A stretch of DNA of 63,728 bases, filler included. It is 8 parts of 8 records of this genome, joined end to end, with 100 filler letters (N's around TTAATTAATTAA, not from the genome) between each part and the next. Parts side by side here need not be neighbours in the genome. Positions count along the whole stretch, not along the records: positions 1 to 11,290 come from SRR7504441_11623; positions 11,391 to 16,061 come from SRR7504441_11626; 6 more parts are not named here. One strand, 5' to 3'. The translations under genes were made by a program, and so were the position numbers. Below the pieces are notes generated by a model that made no database searches, was not told the origin of the DNA, and worked only from the letters and a program-made list of their open reading frames with translations. Position 1 is the first letter of the stretch. The number at the start of each line of letters is the position of its first letter. Shown here piece after piece: positions 1 to 12,647 of the stretch.

Positions 1-386
1 GGGGGGGGGGGGGGTTGCTCAGCTCACGCCAGGTGGCGATTTTAAAGGACGAATTGCGAACGCTAGGAGAGAGGAGGATGGAAGAGAAACGAATAGCGTT
101 CGAGCTCAATGATGCGCTCGTGGGGCGCAATCAACAATTGGAGGCTCAGATCGGTAGATGGCACCCGATGAACAAGGAGCGACCTCCGATGTTGCCTGAT
201 GAAGCATATATGCAGAACAATCGCAGCCCGAGTGCAGCATGGACCGCTGTGCAGCGAGAGAAATTACAGGTGCATGGGCCTCTGTGTGTCTCTAGCTGTA
301 ACGGCTGATTGCGAGCTGCAGATGAAGTACCAAGACGCGGAGCGGGAGAAGTCGCGAGGTGTTCGAGGCTTTTGATCAAGCTGTAG
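1..386 (+). CDS. 3' fragment of a coiled-coil hypothetical protein (contig start)
   Basis: Helical E/R/L-rich frame VAILKDELRTLGERRMEEK, two GT-AG introns, TAG at 384-386, then an AT-rich spacer. Confidence 0.4.
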
Positions 387-606
387 ACTCGTACGTATAA
401 TTATGTCACCTTGAATCGTGTGCCTCTAGAGCTGAGATAAATGGTGCGCCGTTCATGAGAGATTGGTATATTCTATAGCATTGAATATTTAAAGACACGA
501 ATAATTCTTATTTAAAGACGGGAAATTGCCCTAGCTATACACGGTAAATAATGATCGCTTACATGTAAACATCGCCGTCATAATATCGCTCATTGAGGCT
601 GTGTTC

Positions 607-3266
607 TCAAAAGTCCTTGAAGCTCTCAAACGCCTCGATTATACGCGCCTCCGTTACTCCAGACAAAACCACGGCCTCGATTGTACCGATAAACGGCTTG
701 ATTTGCGTGAAGTACTTGCGACCCGACTGCTTGAATCGAGCAAGCGCCCACTGCACCCAGGCGCCTGCCCACACACTTGAGACTAATGTGCGAGGCTCAT
801 ACGGCCACCTTCAGGCTCGGAGTTCTCCTTGCACTTGGACAGGTGGGTCGAGATCCCTTTGACAAACCCCTCAAATAGCTCCAGAAACGTCTCCTTCAGC
901 ATTCTCAGCGCCTGCTCTCCACACATTCAACCAGACCCAGGCCTGCCTGACCTTCTGATGCAGCTGCGAGGTATGGGCGTGCCATTCCTGGTGCCTATCG
1001 TCGCCTGCGTGCGGGCCGCGCTCCCGCGAGTGCAATTCGGCCTCGAGCTTTGCGGCCATCGAGACGACGTGCACGATTCCGTACTCGAGCAACTCAAACA
1101 AGTGGCTCCGTGTGGCCAGCAGAGGCAGGTTCTCCGAGCTGAGCAAGCTGTGCACCATCGCCTTGGTGTCGAGCACGCCAGCGATCAGCAGATTCGGCAC
1201 AAGCAACAGCGGGGCTTGCGGTGTGTTGGTCCAAAAGCTCAGCATTGCGCCAAACTGCCCCTCCGACTCAACCACCGACATGACCTTTGGGCACCGCAGC
1301 TGTGCGAGCCTCAATCGACTTGAGCAGGGACTTGAGCAGCATCTCGTTCTTGAGGAACCGGCGCGAGCAGATCGACGGGATCCTGTGCGAGCTCTCGAGC
1401 AGGGCGTTCACCACGAGTACAGCGCGGGCCGTGTCGTCACTGCACGCAGCTCAGCACCGTGTGCGCTTTGTGGCGCACCGAGCTGCATAGTGCTGGTCGA
1501 GCAACTCAGTGATCGGCCGCTCGTCCGCTTTCTTCAGCAGCGACTGAAGCTCGGTGAAATTGCCGCCGGCGTCGTCCTCGTCGCACGAGACGGCGGTGGG
1601 CGGCTGTGGCAGGCAGCTCTGTAACGAGCTCGGAATCTTGCCCTCGAACTGCTCATACCCACTCAACCGGATGCACCGCTCCAGCAGCTGGCACGCGGTT
1701 AGCCCGGCCAGGCAGCCGGTGCGCACCTGGGTCACGAACTCCCTGTGCCGAGAGGAAGAGTCGGCCGCCGAATCGTTCTGAAGCATCTCTCCCCACGTGG
1801 TGGCCAGCCTGCACCGAGTGGTTGCCGGGCCCCGCCAGATGGCTTCTCACCCAGAGGCTGCATCGTCGCCCCGCGCCGGCAGGTACCACGGCTTCCAGTT
1901 GAAGTCGAACTGTGAGAGAAACAGCGCGAACCACTCGGTGGTCCGATCAAAGCATTCGACCTCGAGAGAAGGAGAGTCCTCGAAAAGAGCATGCAGGGCC
2001 GCCACAAAGAGCGCCTCGTACTTGGGATCGAGCTTGCAGAGGACCACCGCCACCATGCAGTAGTAGGCGATTGGCCCACTCGAGCGCGGCAATTGGAGCA
2101 GCTCGCCTATCAGAGCATTGACCACGAGTCGTCGCGGGCGGGTTGGAAGCATGGCCAGAGTCCGTGCGCAATCCACGTGGATCAACTCACAACTGACCAG
2201 AATGCCCTGAATCAAGCTGCCCCCAGCGTTAGTCCATGCCCCAACTCCGGCGAGCACCCAGTCACCACGGTGGCCTCGTGCTTGGTCAATTCGAGCTTAT
2301 CGTCCGTGTGGCCCTCCTCTAGAAGAGTCAGAGGCACGCCTCGCAGCCCCGCCAGTTCGGCTTGGGTGGCCGCCGGGATCTCGAGCGGCAGCTCGGCGAC
2401 CCGAAGCGTATGGGCATCGGCCTGCTCAAGCTCCTCCTTGAACTCGCGCTGTGGCCTGCCCCGGCCCCTCACGCGGAACAACTGCCAGCCAACCACCTGC
2501 TGCTCACAGCCGTGGCTACCTGCCAGCTGGCCTCCTGGCAGGCGAGCGCGCAGTCCCACGCCTCCACCAGCCGGTCGTCCGCCTCGACGCCCCGGCCGTC
2601 GGTCCACGCTGCCAGCGCCGACTGCGAGGGCGGCCGGGCTGTGTAGTTGGCCATCGTACTTTCAAGAGCCGACATGAGCCCGCCCAGCTCGCTCGCCAGG
2701 CCCAGCTCGGTGAGCACAGGCCCGATGCTCGGCATGGCCGCGCAGAGCAGCCAGGCGTAGAAGACGCGCACCCCGAGCTCCGGCTCGGGGGCCGTGGTGG
2801 CCGCCTTGATCCGATCCAGCAAGTCAAGCAGCGAGTCCCGACTGAGCGCCCCGGCCGCCACCAGCTCGGTCGCAAACACAAGCAGCGCCTGGCCCGCGCT
2901 CGCCGGGCCGGCCGCAGGGCGTACCTTGCTCCGGGTGCACTGTCCTCTCCGAAGTGCCTCGTCCAGCCGGGTGCCAACCTGATCGACCACGTTGGCCCCA
3001 AAGTGGCCGTTCCGGCGGTTGAGCAGCCCGGCGACGGTGGCGTACACCCCGGCTTTGTGGGGCATGTCCTGCGCCCCCTGGATGCACAGGTCGGCCACCA
3101 AATCCCCGTGACGCTCCATTTCCTCCCGCAGATCGGCCGCGAACGAGCCGATCTTCTCCTCGAGACCCTTGCGCTGGTCCCCGAGCTTGGAGAAGGCCGA
3201 CGCCAACATCAGCAGCTCGTCCTGCCCCCCGCCGTCCATCTCGTCGCGCCCACGCTTGCGATTCAT
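607..3266 (-). CDS. NCBP1: Nuclear cap-binding protein subunit 1 (CBP80), multi-exon
   Basis: Basic N-terminus MNRKRGRDE. MIF4G segment DMPHKAGVYATVAGLLNRRNGHFG; ECFDRTTEWFALFLSQFDFNWKPW; C-terminus WVQWALARFKQ...IIEAFESFKDF*. Short GT-AG introns join the frames. Confidence 0.9.
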
Positions 3267-3389
3267 CTGAAGCTTGCGGCGAGTTCGACCGAGCCTGTGC
3301 CAGTTTCCACCGGACTTCATCAACGGTCTAAGTTTCGATCTGTGCGCCACTGTCAGTGCACCGGGCGCCGGTATGGCTGAGTAGAAGCC

Positions 3390-6300
3390 ATGGGCAGCTA
3401 TGGCTCCGGGTGCTACATGCTTGTGCGCAACTGCCTGGGCGGGATGTGCCACGATTATTACCAAGCGATGTCCTACCTCGTCGCCTGGCTGGTGTCCTCA
3501 GTTCTCATCACCCTGGTGCAGTACAACGGCCGCTGCATCGGCATGCGCAGCTTCGTCGGCTGGGCGCTCAAACGCAGCGCCCCGCCGCCCACATGGGTGG
3601 CCGTGCTTGGCTGGATCGGCACCTGGACGCCAACCCTCCTCCTGATCGGCCTGGTTGTGAGCACCGTGATGAAATCATATAACGACCACTTAAATGACGA
3701 CAACGGGGACTTCTGCTACTCTGGCCCGGTAGTACTGATCTTCCTGCTCATCGTGCTCGAGTGCATCCGTTTGTCCGTCGCTGCCTGGCTGGTCGCTGGC
3801 GGCTGGCCCTGGCCGCTCAGCGCGCAGATGCTGTTGGCGGTGGCCACGTCCAGCTGGTTTGGACTGAGCCTGATCTATGCGCTCGAAGTGAGCTCGACAT
3901 TGCCAGAGAAGCTAGTTCTTGCGCTGAGCCTGACTTACATATTCGTCATAATGTTTTGCCACCTGGTGCTCCGATCAAAGTGCACGAGCCTCGTTGGTTA
4001 TGTGCACGGCCGTTGTGAGCACAAGCCTTTCAGGAATGGGGATCTCGACCGGGCCAGCGGATCGCAGCTGGCGACAGTGCATGGCAATCTGGTTGACACG
4101 TCCAGGAATCAGAACGTGCTTCTGTTTCTGTATGTGCTGCTATGGATCCTGTACATTTCCGCGCACCAGATTAATGCAGTAACTCCAAGGGTCAATACCG
4201 CGTATGTGGTGCCGTGTATGCTCCTCGCTGACACTGCGGCCGTGGTTGTGGCCCTTCAAACAAACTATGGCAAACCGTCACTCCCAGCAGTTCTTCTGGT
4301 CTTCGGACTGCCATTGGTCATGAGGCTCGTAGCTATCCTCAGTGCTGTGTTTACTCAGGATGACGCGCCGTGGCGAAACATACCTGCCTCCAGCTGCCTC
4401 ATCCTCGGCACCGCAAGCGCCTTCATGGGGGCAATGACGACCTACCACAGCATGTCAAATTCGCTATTGTTTAGCGAGCAGAAGCAGCACCTCGCAGCAA
4501 AGCTCGACTGGGAACGCCGCGAAGCATGGGTGAGTGCGCAGTTGAAGTACACCTCGCAGCAGCAATGGAGTGTATCCGGGTGGATGTCCCGCTTGCAAGC
4601 GAAGCTTTGGGGGGATCGTGGGGAATGGGCATCTATGTATGAGTATGGGCAGTTAATGAATTCCGACGGTGAAAATACGTGGTCGGGCCTGACCACCCTG
4701 TATGAGAGTGCCACCAAAGATCTGTGCAAAATCAATCCACTCGACCCAGCACAAGAACCAGCCCGTAAGACTCTTAAGCGAAGCTTGAACAGCATGTTCT
4801 GGAAGATGCAAGGGAAATTGATTTGCCGTCTCTCCTTGGCCATGATCCCGTACTTCATTTTTGTGTTTGCTTCATTAACTTTTGGGTCAACGTTCAACAG
4901 AGACTCGACATATCAGGATATTGTCACCTCATTTTTGGTAGTCGGCGCTGGCTTCATTTTATGCTTTGAAGTCTTCAAAGTTATGATCGACCAATACACT
5001 ATGGCTGCGGTCTATGCAAAAGTGCGGATTGCGCCACGCTTGTTGGAATACTTGGAACAGCCGATCAGGAAGCCCAAAGAATCTGCACCATGGTTAGGTC
5101 AGAGCCGGCTCCCTTCAGCAAGCTGCGACTTCATAGCCGAGCACGTGTGGCAAGAAGACATATGGGATGGCACTGTAGACCAGATCGACAGCATGGCAAG
5201 TGATGTCATCGAGGCAGCCCAACGGCTGAAAATTTCGCAGTGGGAGACAGTCACGTGCATTGCGCACGTGGTGTTTGAACGGACTGCTCGGACAGTGAGT
5301 ACCATACTGAATCAGAGCGTTGGGGACGAGGCGAGTGGCCGCCTATGACTGGTTTGACCACCAGGGGCAGGTTTTCAGGACCGCTGCAGCCACCCTCGGG
5401 CAAGATCTAGATGATGATTATTGCTGGAAGAGTCCTGCAAACGAGAACATTCTTACTACGTCATTGATCGAATGGAAAGAATACCACAAAGAGTGTATCT
5501 GCCCATCTAATGTGAGAAACGCCGCGTTGATGTCCGGTGCGCCATGATGCAGGCTCGTTAATTCTTCACTGACCATCTTGTGCGCAGCTCCACTTCGAAT
5601 ACCAGAGCTTGTGGTGCACTGTAGACCCCCATGCAATGTGAATCTTTCCGGTCAGGTGCAAAGTATACGGCGTCATTATCTGAGCATAGACGGGTTTGAC
5701 TGTTTGGACGATGTGTTGGATGCAGTTACTGTTCAAGGTGTGCAACATCGACCGACGTAGCTCACTGCTGTATGTTCAGGAGTGGTAGTGATTGCGAGGG
5801 CCCTTTGTCTCAAAGCTGACGTGGTCACTTGGCTGAAGAGGCTATCACTAGAACCTCGCATCTTAAACCGACGAACATCTTGCACAACAGAGGAAGGGAT
5901 AGCCTCGCCCCGTGAACCCAGGGCTCCGCTTTTACGGCAAACAAGCTCAGTACCACAGTCGTCCGGAAGGATGGCACGGCTGACTTCAAAGGCTACCTCG
6001 GGCCAATTGGATTCGGGTATTGCTGCCAGCTTTACAATCACAAACGAGTTTCAGAGGGACCTAATCGCAGGACGCGTCCATCTTTTCTCCATACCGTTTC
6101 ACTCCAAATACGGACTCTTGACAACGGCAGCTCAGACCATCACAAATGATGTTTCTAAGTGGCCCAGTGGATTCCGGGAGCGGAGCTGGATGGTTCACTG
6201 TATGTTGCTTCATCAACGTAGGGCACGTCTTCTCAGAGGCCAATTGCCTATCGGAATCATACTGTTTCTAATCGGAGACATGCTACTTACGGCCGTTTGT

Positions 6301-9300
6301 ACTTGCAGCTCTGCAACGCTAGTTGAAATTTTGTATTTGGTGGCAGCTCCTCTCGTGTTTAGCCATGCAATTCTTCTGTCCGACGAGGCGACGTACACCA
6401 AGCCGCTTTTCAGTCGCTCCATGCGTCTGCTCTTCGACTCGACGTCAATGCCGTTCAAGGAGATGTTCCTGACTGACAAGGTGGGCATCATAGCCGAGCT
6501 CGCCATGCCGACCTATACAGGGGCATGCGCCTTCGTGTTGGCGTTCCAGTTATATGGTGAATCTCTATGGGACGGCATGCTTCTACTTGCTGCGACAGCA
6601 ATTCTATACACTTCTCTTTTCCGCTTCATCATGGTTTTGTTTGGTAGCGCAGTAGACGCGTCATACATCAGTCTGGATGGCTACTTCATGATCGGTTACA
6701 TCACAGCAACTGTTGCTGCCGTTGTGGCACTAGTGGTTGATGACTACCAGGTGCTTTTTGTTACTGTGTCTGCGTACTACTACATCGCAGCTTTGGTGTT
6801 ATCGTCATTGTCAGAGTCTCGATTTCTACCAGAGTACTGCAAGTTTTTTAATTTTTTTACACTGGAGCAATATTGGATTTTGTACACATCAATTCAGAGC
6901 AGCTTTGCATTAGCGTGGTACGCTGAGAACACGCGCGACGAAGCGACATTTGTCTGGTATTTTTTGCCTTTACTTGGGGCCCACACTTCCCTCGGCAAGT
7001 TTCTCTACTTCATAGGTGCCTGTGTGTGGCACGAGAAAGACAAGCAGCCTCTAGCTATCCGGACGTATTATCTATTGTCTGCCGTCACCTTCGGGCTGTT
7101 TATGTTGTCTTTGGCCTCACTCGAAGTCATTAACGACTTCAGCGGGATCGGCTGGTACTTCTTCATCAAGTTACTTGAGATCCTGGCAGTACTAGCATTC
7201 CTACTCTTGCTCACAGGTGTGGGTACCCGCAACAGGTATACAACAGGCAGTAGCATCTTTCTGCTTCTGCCAACTGTATACCTATTGAAGGAGGCGGATG
7301 CGGACAACAAGACGCCCATGAAACTCCAGGTAAGCTACTGGACCAGCTTTCTGGTGATCACGATCTGCTCCTGTATGTTTTTATGGGGTGCATTTGCATT
7401 GCTGGTGCCTCAGGACAACGTTCAAGAAGCATATCACCTGGCGGATTACAGCTTGACATTTGCCGGTAGCCTTTAGTTCTTTCTTTCTGCCTGCCCTCCG
7501 TGGCTAACTACATCTCATGCAGGGATAGTTTCGACGTCTATGGCAATCGTGCTCCTCTGGTTATCGCCAATCATCATGGATATACTGCTTTCGATGAAAA
7601 TGAACGCCCTTCATCGACAATTGACGCAGGCAGTGCCTTGCCCGCTGCTGCAAGAGAGCAGAATAGACAGCTTGGCTCGGGAGATCTGGCAAGCATCTGG
7701 CCTGGAACTTCAAGACTGCATTGAACTCGGCTCATATATTGCTTCAAGCCTCTGTCGGCAGGTCCTCTGCAAATGCCTTCTCAAGAATGATCCGAGTCGC
7801 AAGGTCGACACCAGTGCATTATCTGGCATCAAATTTACCCGAGAATATTCCGCAAAGGTGCACTATTATTTATCTCACTCCCAACCACCAGCGAGTCTCG
7901 CTGAATCGCCTTTCTTCGATAATTGTAACCCGTTTGAGCTATGCGACCCGACCAAGCCGTTTGGATTCCGGCGCTGTGATGCTGCAAGCTGCACTCATGA
8001 AATGGGCATTTGTCCCCAGATAACCAGCAAGGAACCCCCTCCACGGTTCCGGTACAGATACGATAACCTGCGCGAAGGGGCCCCCTCTTTTCAGCAGATA
8101 GTTCTCAACGGAACAAATCGGTGGAGGCCGGCTGACTCAGATCAAGAGGTGCTATTTGATGAAGGCGATGAAATTGATCTCGGGTGGCAACCTCTACTGC
8201 GCTCTTTTGAATCGCATGGTGCAGGTACAACTTTTATGTTGCCGACCCAACTTTTGAGCCCTTGTCGAACGAGGTGAATTTGGTACAATTCTGCGAATTC
8301 TTTAAGACCCAGTATCTGGACATTGGTTGCCCATGCTTTGACGATGATCTGTGAGCACCTGTCTGCCATGCGTTCCTGACTTGACCTGTTTGTACACAGG
8401 CTTGCGAGTATCCGCGGTGAGGCATTCGCATCTATTCTGCCCGAAGCTAGCCGAGGCTGCCCATTATTTCGGGAACGTCTTGCGGGCTTGGACCCGTTTT
8501 ACGCGCAGCATGATCTGCCCGAGTCAACCAAGGATGGTCCTCTGCGCAATGAAAATGAGCTTGAAGTGGGATGCGGGACGGCGCCAGACCGGTCCACTGG
8601 CAGCGACGAGCAGCACACGATGTCTGGCTTCGCACAGGATTGCATTCGAGCGCATTCTGCATTAATCACCGCCCTAGATCACATTGAGCAGGATCAGAAG
8701 CTGCAAGTGTACATGGTGCTGCGCACCATTTTCGCAGCAGGGAACTTGCTTACCACGGAAGCTCGGGTTTTAGAAAGCATTCAGGGAACAGTGTCTTTCA
8801 GGGAGCAGTTCCTCGGCAGCGAAGATCTTCATACAGATTCTTCGCGCTATATACATACATGGAGCGAAGATCTTCGTCGGCAGCGTAGTGTTTCTGCCCG
8901 TGATTTCACAAAATACCTATTCGATAGTTCTAGCGCTACTACTACCGAGCTCAAGAATGAACGCAGGTGCCGCACGGTTTAGGGGCTGGTTCACCTAGAG
9001 TGATGCTCTTTATTGCAGGTTGACTTACCCTAACTGCATCTTCGGGACCCAAGCGCTAGACTCGGCCGCCGATCTGACTTCGGATTTGGGGAGGGAATCG
9101 TGTAAGTCCAAGGAGGACGCGATAGGCAGGCTGCTTGGCCATGAAATTAATGAGCTGCCGTGGTGGGCACAGCTTGTCGCGCTGACCGAAGAATGTGCGA
9201 AGTTGCTCTGGCAGGTTGCGCTGCTGGCCAAGGTGACGTATCCAACCGATCATGAGCCCGAAACAATAGTGACCATGGCCCAATGGGCCCACATCTTTGC

Positions 9301-10953
9301 CATCCATGTTGAGGACGACCCATTACCGGACAACGTCCGTCGCATCTACAGTCCTGCTCTGGGTGATGCCTTCTCAGTAATCGATCTCTGGGAAATGGCA
9401 AATGGCCTCGCACGTGAACTGAAGGAGATTCCAATGGATGATCGGGATTTCGTTGCGTCTTTCACGAAGGTCTTCCTGTTTCATTTCCATCCCATGCTCT
9501 ACGTTGGGTTTGCGGGGACTTGTGCCCACCGAAAGCGTGCCTTCAAGAGCGAGTTGAGGAGAAATCCGTCGTTTCGTATGCTCGTTGATGTTATCGCTGA
9601 AAGGGGTGCCAAGTACGATGCGAGTCAATATGCAGCCTCTGCGGACAACTTTTCACAGGTTGTGTGGCTTCCACATTTGCATTGTCACTGAGCCTTTGTA
9701 GGTGGCGCTACTGCCGACCAAGCTTGCACCGCTGTTAATGGAGAGTATGGAAGTGTACGCCAGGGGGCGCCCTCACCTCGGCCCCGCCGCGCTGCTCGAG
9801 GCAGCACTCCGCGTGGCGGCTATTTGCACTTACAAAATGGTATTCGAAAGAATATGGGGGAGCGAGACTATCACTTCTGCGGTGGCAGCAACGTGGCTGG
9901 CTGAATTGATGGAGTCCACGTGGCGTCGGTCTCATCCGGACAAAGATATCCCTAGTCTGGCTGAAGAGATATGCCGCAACGCGTGGGACGAGCCGGAAAC
10001 CACGTGGGAGATATGTCGCAACACGCAAGTAAATCGAGAAAACTTCCACAAGTTGCACGAGCGGATCGTAGAACAGATGCTTGGCCTGGAGAGGGACTAC
10101 TGTACACTGGGGCGCCTCTGTGGTTGTGTGAGTGGAGGCGAGAGTGATATCATGGTCTGGCGGTGCTGGCAGAGCACAACGCAGATTGTGATCGACTGGC
10201 TGAGGGACACGGAGGGGCCGAATTTTCCCGATGGGCTGTCGGATATGGATCCCGAACTCCACCAACTCTGGGAGTATGCGCAGTGGTGGCACGCTGCATT
10301 GACACAACGCTGGGAATTGTCGCTTCACCACGACTTGCCGTCATTGCAGTGGTGCAACCACTTAGACTTTTGTCGGTGCCCAACTGAATCCTGCTGTTTG
10401 ACAGGCAGCACCGGGTGCACGTCCAAGCGAGCGAAGGATTTGCAATGAGCGACTTTGCTGAAGCGGCTGAGCTCACCGCAAAGCTGGTCACTCAGCTATC
10501 TGACGCTTCACATCCCGCTGCCCAGCAACTACTCCCACATTTGCCAGGCAAGTCATTTACTTGTATTACTTTGATCCTCATTCCGGGGATTCAGGTGCAG
10601 CGGAACACATTTCAGGTTTAAAGGAATACTTCCTCATGCCTAAAGGCATGAAACAGGATTATCAAGCCTTGTATATGTGTGGAACCGCACTCTTACGAGT
10701 TAGTCGGCTCGCCAATATGGGAATGGCTATCGCGGAGAATCGCACCGCAGAGCTTGATGAAGACTTCGAATTGTCCATCCGTAGAGAGGAAAAGATTGCT
10801 GTGGCATTCCGCGAACAGCTCTATTCTTGCGTACGTAAGGCGGTCGAGTTAGATCCGTGGGCAATTCGATGCTGCGATTGTGGAGGGACTGATGGAAGGC
10901 CCGAGCGAATCATGAAATTGCTCGAACAGAGCTTGATGGGTGGTGTTACTTAA
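3390..10953 (+). CDS. Very large (~2,350 aa) multi-pass membrane protein of unknown family, ~11 exons
   Basis: ORFs at 3390, 5320, 5578, 5782, 7540, 8488, 9020, 9702, 10415 and 10561 join in frame through short introns, e.g. 8184-8224, 9659-9701 and GC-AG 10548-10594. About 24 hydrophobic segments lie in the first ~1,400 aa. Confidence 0.75.
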
Positions 10954-11003
10954 TTATTATAAAATTCATATAATTTTATGACTTTAATGTTTCATCAGAA
11001 TCA

Positions 11004-11290
11004 TCAAAACGCAAGCAGTTCATTGGCGCAAGTGTCTGCACAATCCGACGGCGTAAAGCTTATCGACTGCTTAAACTGTTTACACTCATATGCCGCCTTT
11101 GCACTCCCTTGCTGGGTATTTCGAGCTAGTGATCTTGGGACTTTGCGCAGCTTCTGAATTGCCCACTTTGCCTCCTGCTGTGCAGCCTTCATCGCTGCTT
11201 CTGCAGCGGCCTTCTCACGCTGAAGCTTTGCCAGCTTTTGGTCACTGCCTTTCCCATCCTGCTGAAGCTTGGCCAGCTTTTTGCTAGTGG
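11004..11290 (-). CDS. 3' fragment of a K/A/Q-rich hypothetical protein
   Basis: Low-complexity helical frame convergent with the upstream gene and truncated by the contig end. Confidence 0.35.
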
Positions 11291-11390
11291 NNNNNNNNNN
11301 NNNNNNNNNNNNNNNNNNNNNNNNNNNNNNNNNNTTAATTAATTAANNNNNNNNNNNNNNNNNNNNNNNNNNNNNNNNNNNNNNNNNNNN
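11291..11390. other. Artificial contig spacer
   Basis: N44-TTAATTAATTAA-N44 (stops in all six frames). Confidence 0.98.
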
Positions 11391-11581
11391 CCTCCAGGGG
11401 TGCCCCCGCGCACCTCCGCGGCGCTCGGGGTCGCCGGGAAGCCCCCCAGTGGGTGTGGCGGGCTTGAGCCCAACGCTCCAGCCCGGCCTCCATTTTCGGA
11501 GCTGTTGGTGCTAGAGTCTCGGAGAAGTTTTTGCTGTGAACGGCCTGGACGCACCGTGCTCCAGCGTTGGTCGGCTTGGAG

Positions 11582-12501
11582 ATGCGGCTACGGCTTGTTT
11601 TCGCCGGTGCCGAATGCTGGGAGAGGCCAGAGCCTGAGCGGGCTGGGCTGCAGGAGTTGATGTGCCAAACAGCTTGTTCAAGGTATGCTTGTGAGTGCGC
11701 CCGTCGGCCGCACGGGGCTCTGCAGGTGCCGCGGCAGTGCGTGTCAGTCGCCGATCTACAGCGTGACATCGCAGAGACCTTTGAGCTGCAGCAGCCTGGA
11801 TCCCAACTGTGCCTCACCCTAGTGCGTGGCGCTGCGGCCGTCCCTCCGCGAGCCGGTAGCAGGATGGCTTTGAGCTTCAGCCGTCCCAGCCGCTGTCGTT
11901 GCTGCTGCAGTCCGACGAGTGCGTCACGGTGCGGACCGGGGACGCACCAGCTCCCAAGAGGCAGCCACAGGCTGAAGTTAGCGCCGGCCGCCCAGGTCAC
12001 TGAGCCTGATGCGTGTGTACGTTCGAGCTGGTCGCAGGGAAGAGGCCCCGTGTGCAATCTTCGTCCTCCTCCTCATCTTCTGCGTCGTCTTCGTCTTCAA
12101 GTAGCTCCACATCGGCGCAAGAAGCTCCAGCAGCTCCAGCAGCAGCAGCAGACCCGCAGAAAGGAGGGACTGCCCAAAATCAGGGACCGACTCCCGACCC
12201 CAAGCAGCACGGAACTACTGTTTCACGGAGCACTCCTAAATCTGATGGAGGGTATAACAGTGTCCGGGCAATCACCCGACAGCTCGAATGGTATTTCTGT
12301 GACGACAATCTAAAGAAGGATGGATTCATGCGGGAGAAGCTGGGCAAGGAATGCAAGAATTGGGTGGATGTTGACTTGATAGGAGGATTTCCGAGGATCG
12401 CAAGGCTCAACTTGGACCACAACCAACTACTCGACCATATTAGAAAATGCGCTACAATTGAGCTAAATAGCTCATGTACTCAAATGCGGCGGCGTCAATA
12501 G
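11582..12501 (+). CDS. Protein with a coilin-N-like domain, Ser-rich linker and C-terminal La motif
   Basis: Spliced over 4 introns: MRLRLVFAG...CVSVADLQRDIAETFEL...LCLTLDGFELQPSQPLSLLLQSDECVTV; then KRPR and poly-S; then La motif AITRQLEWYFCDDNLKKDGFM...WVDVDLIGGFPRI. Confidence 0.7.
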
Positions 12502-12647
12502 CGCTTTTAGAGCGCTTTCCTGTTATGGGACTCATAAACCAGGATTTCAAGTAATATTAGTTGAGGCGTCATTACATGTAAAGAATAAAACGAAAAAACC
12601 AGTGAATACTACTAATAATAACTGAACACGTACTATTACGTTATTCT

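Noticed and set aside
5295-5364. Additional GC-AG intron 5331-5364
   Set aside because: A 70-nt GT-AG intron from 5295 gives the same frame, so it was not counted as GC-AG evidence
3390-10953. Co-oriented ORF run resembling an operon or endogenous virus
   Set aside because: The ORFs splice into one gene via ordinary short introns, and no viral hallmark genes are present
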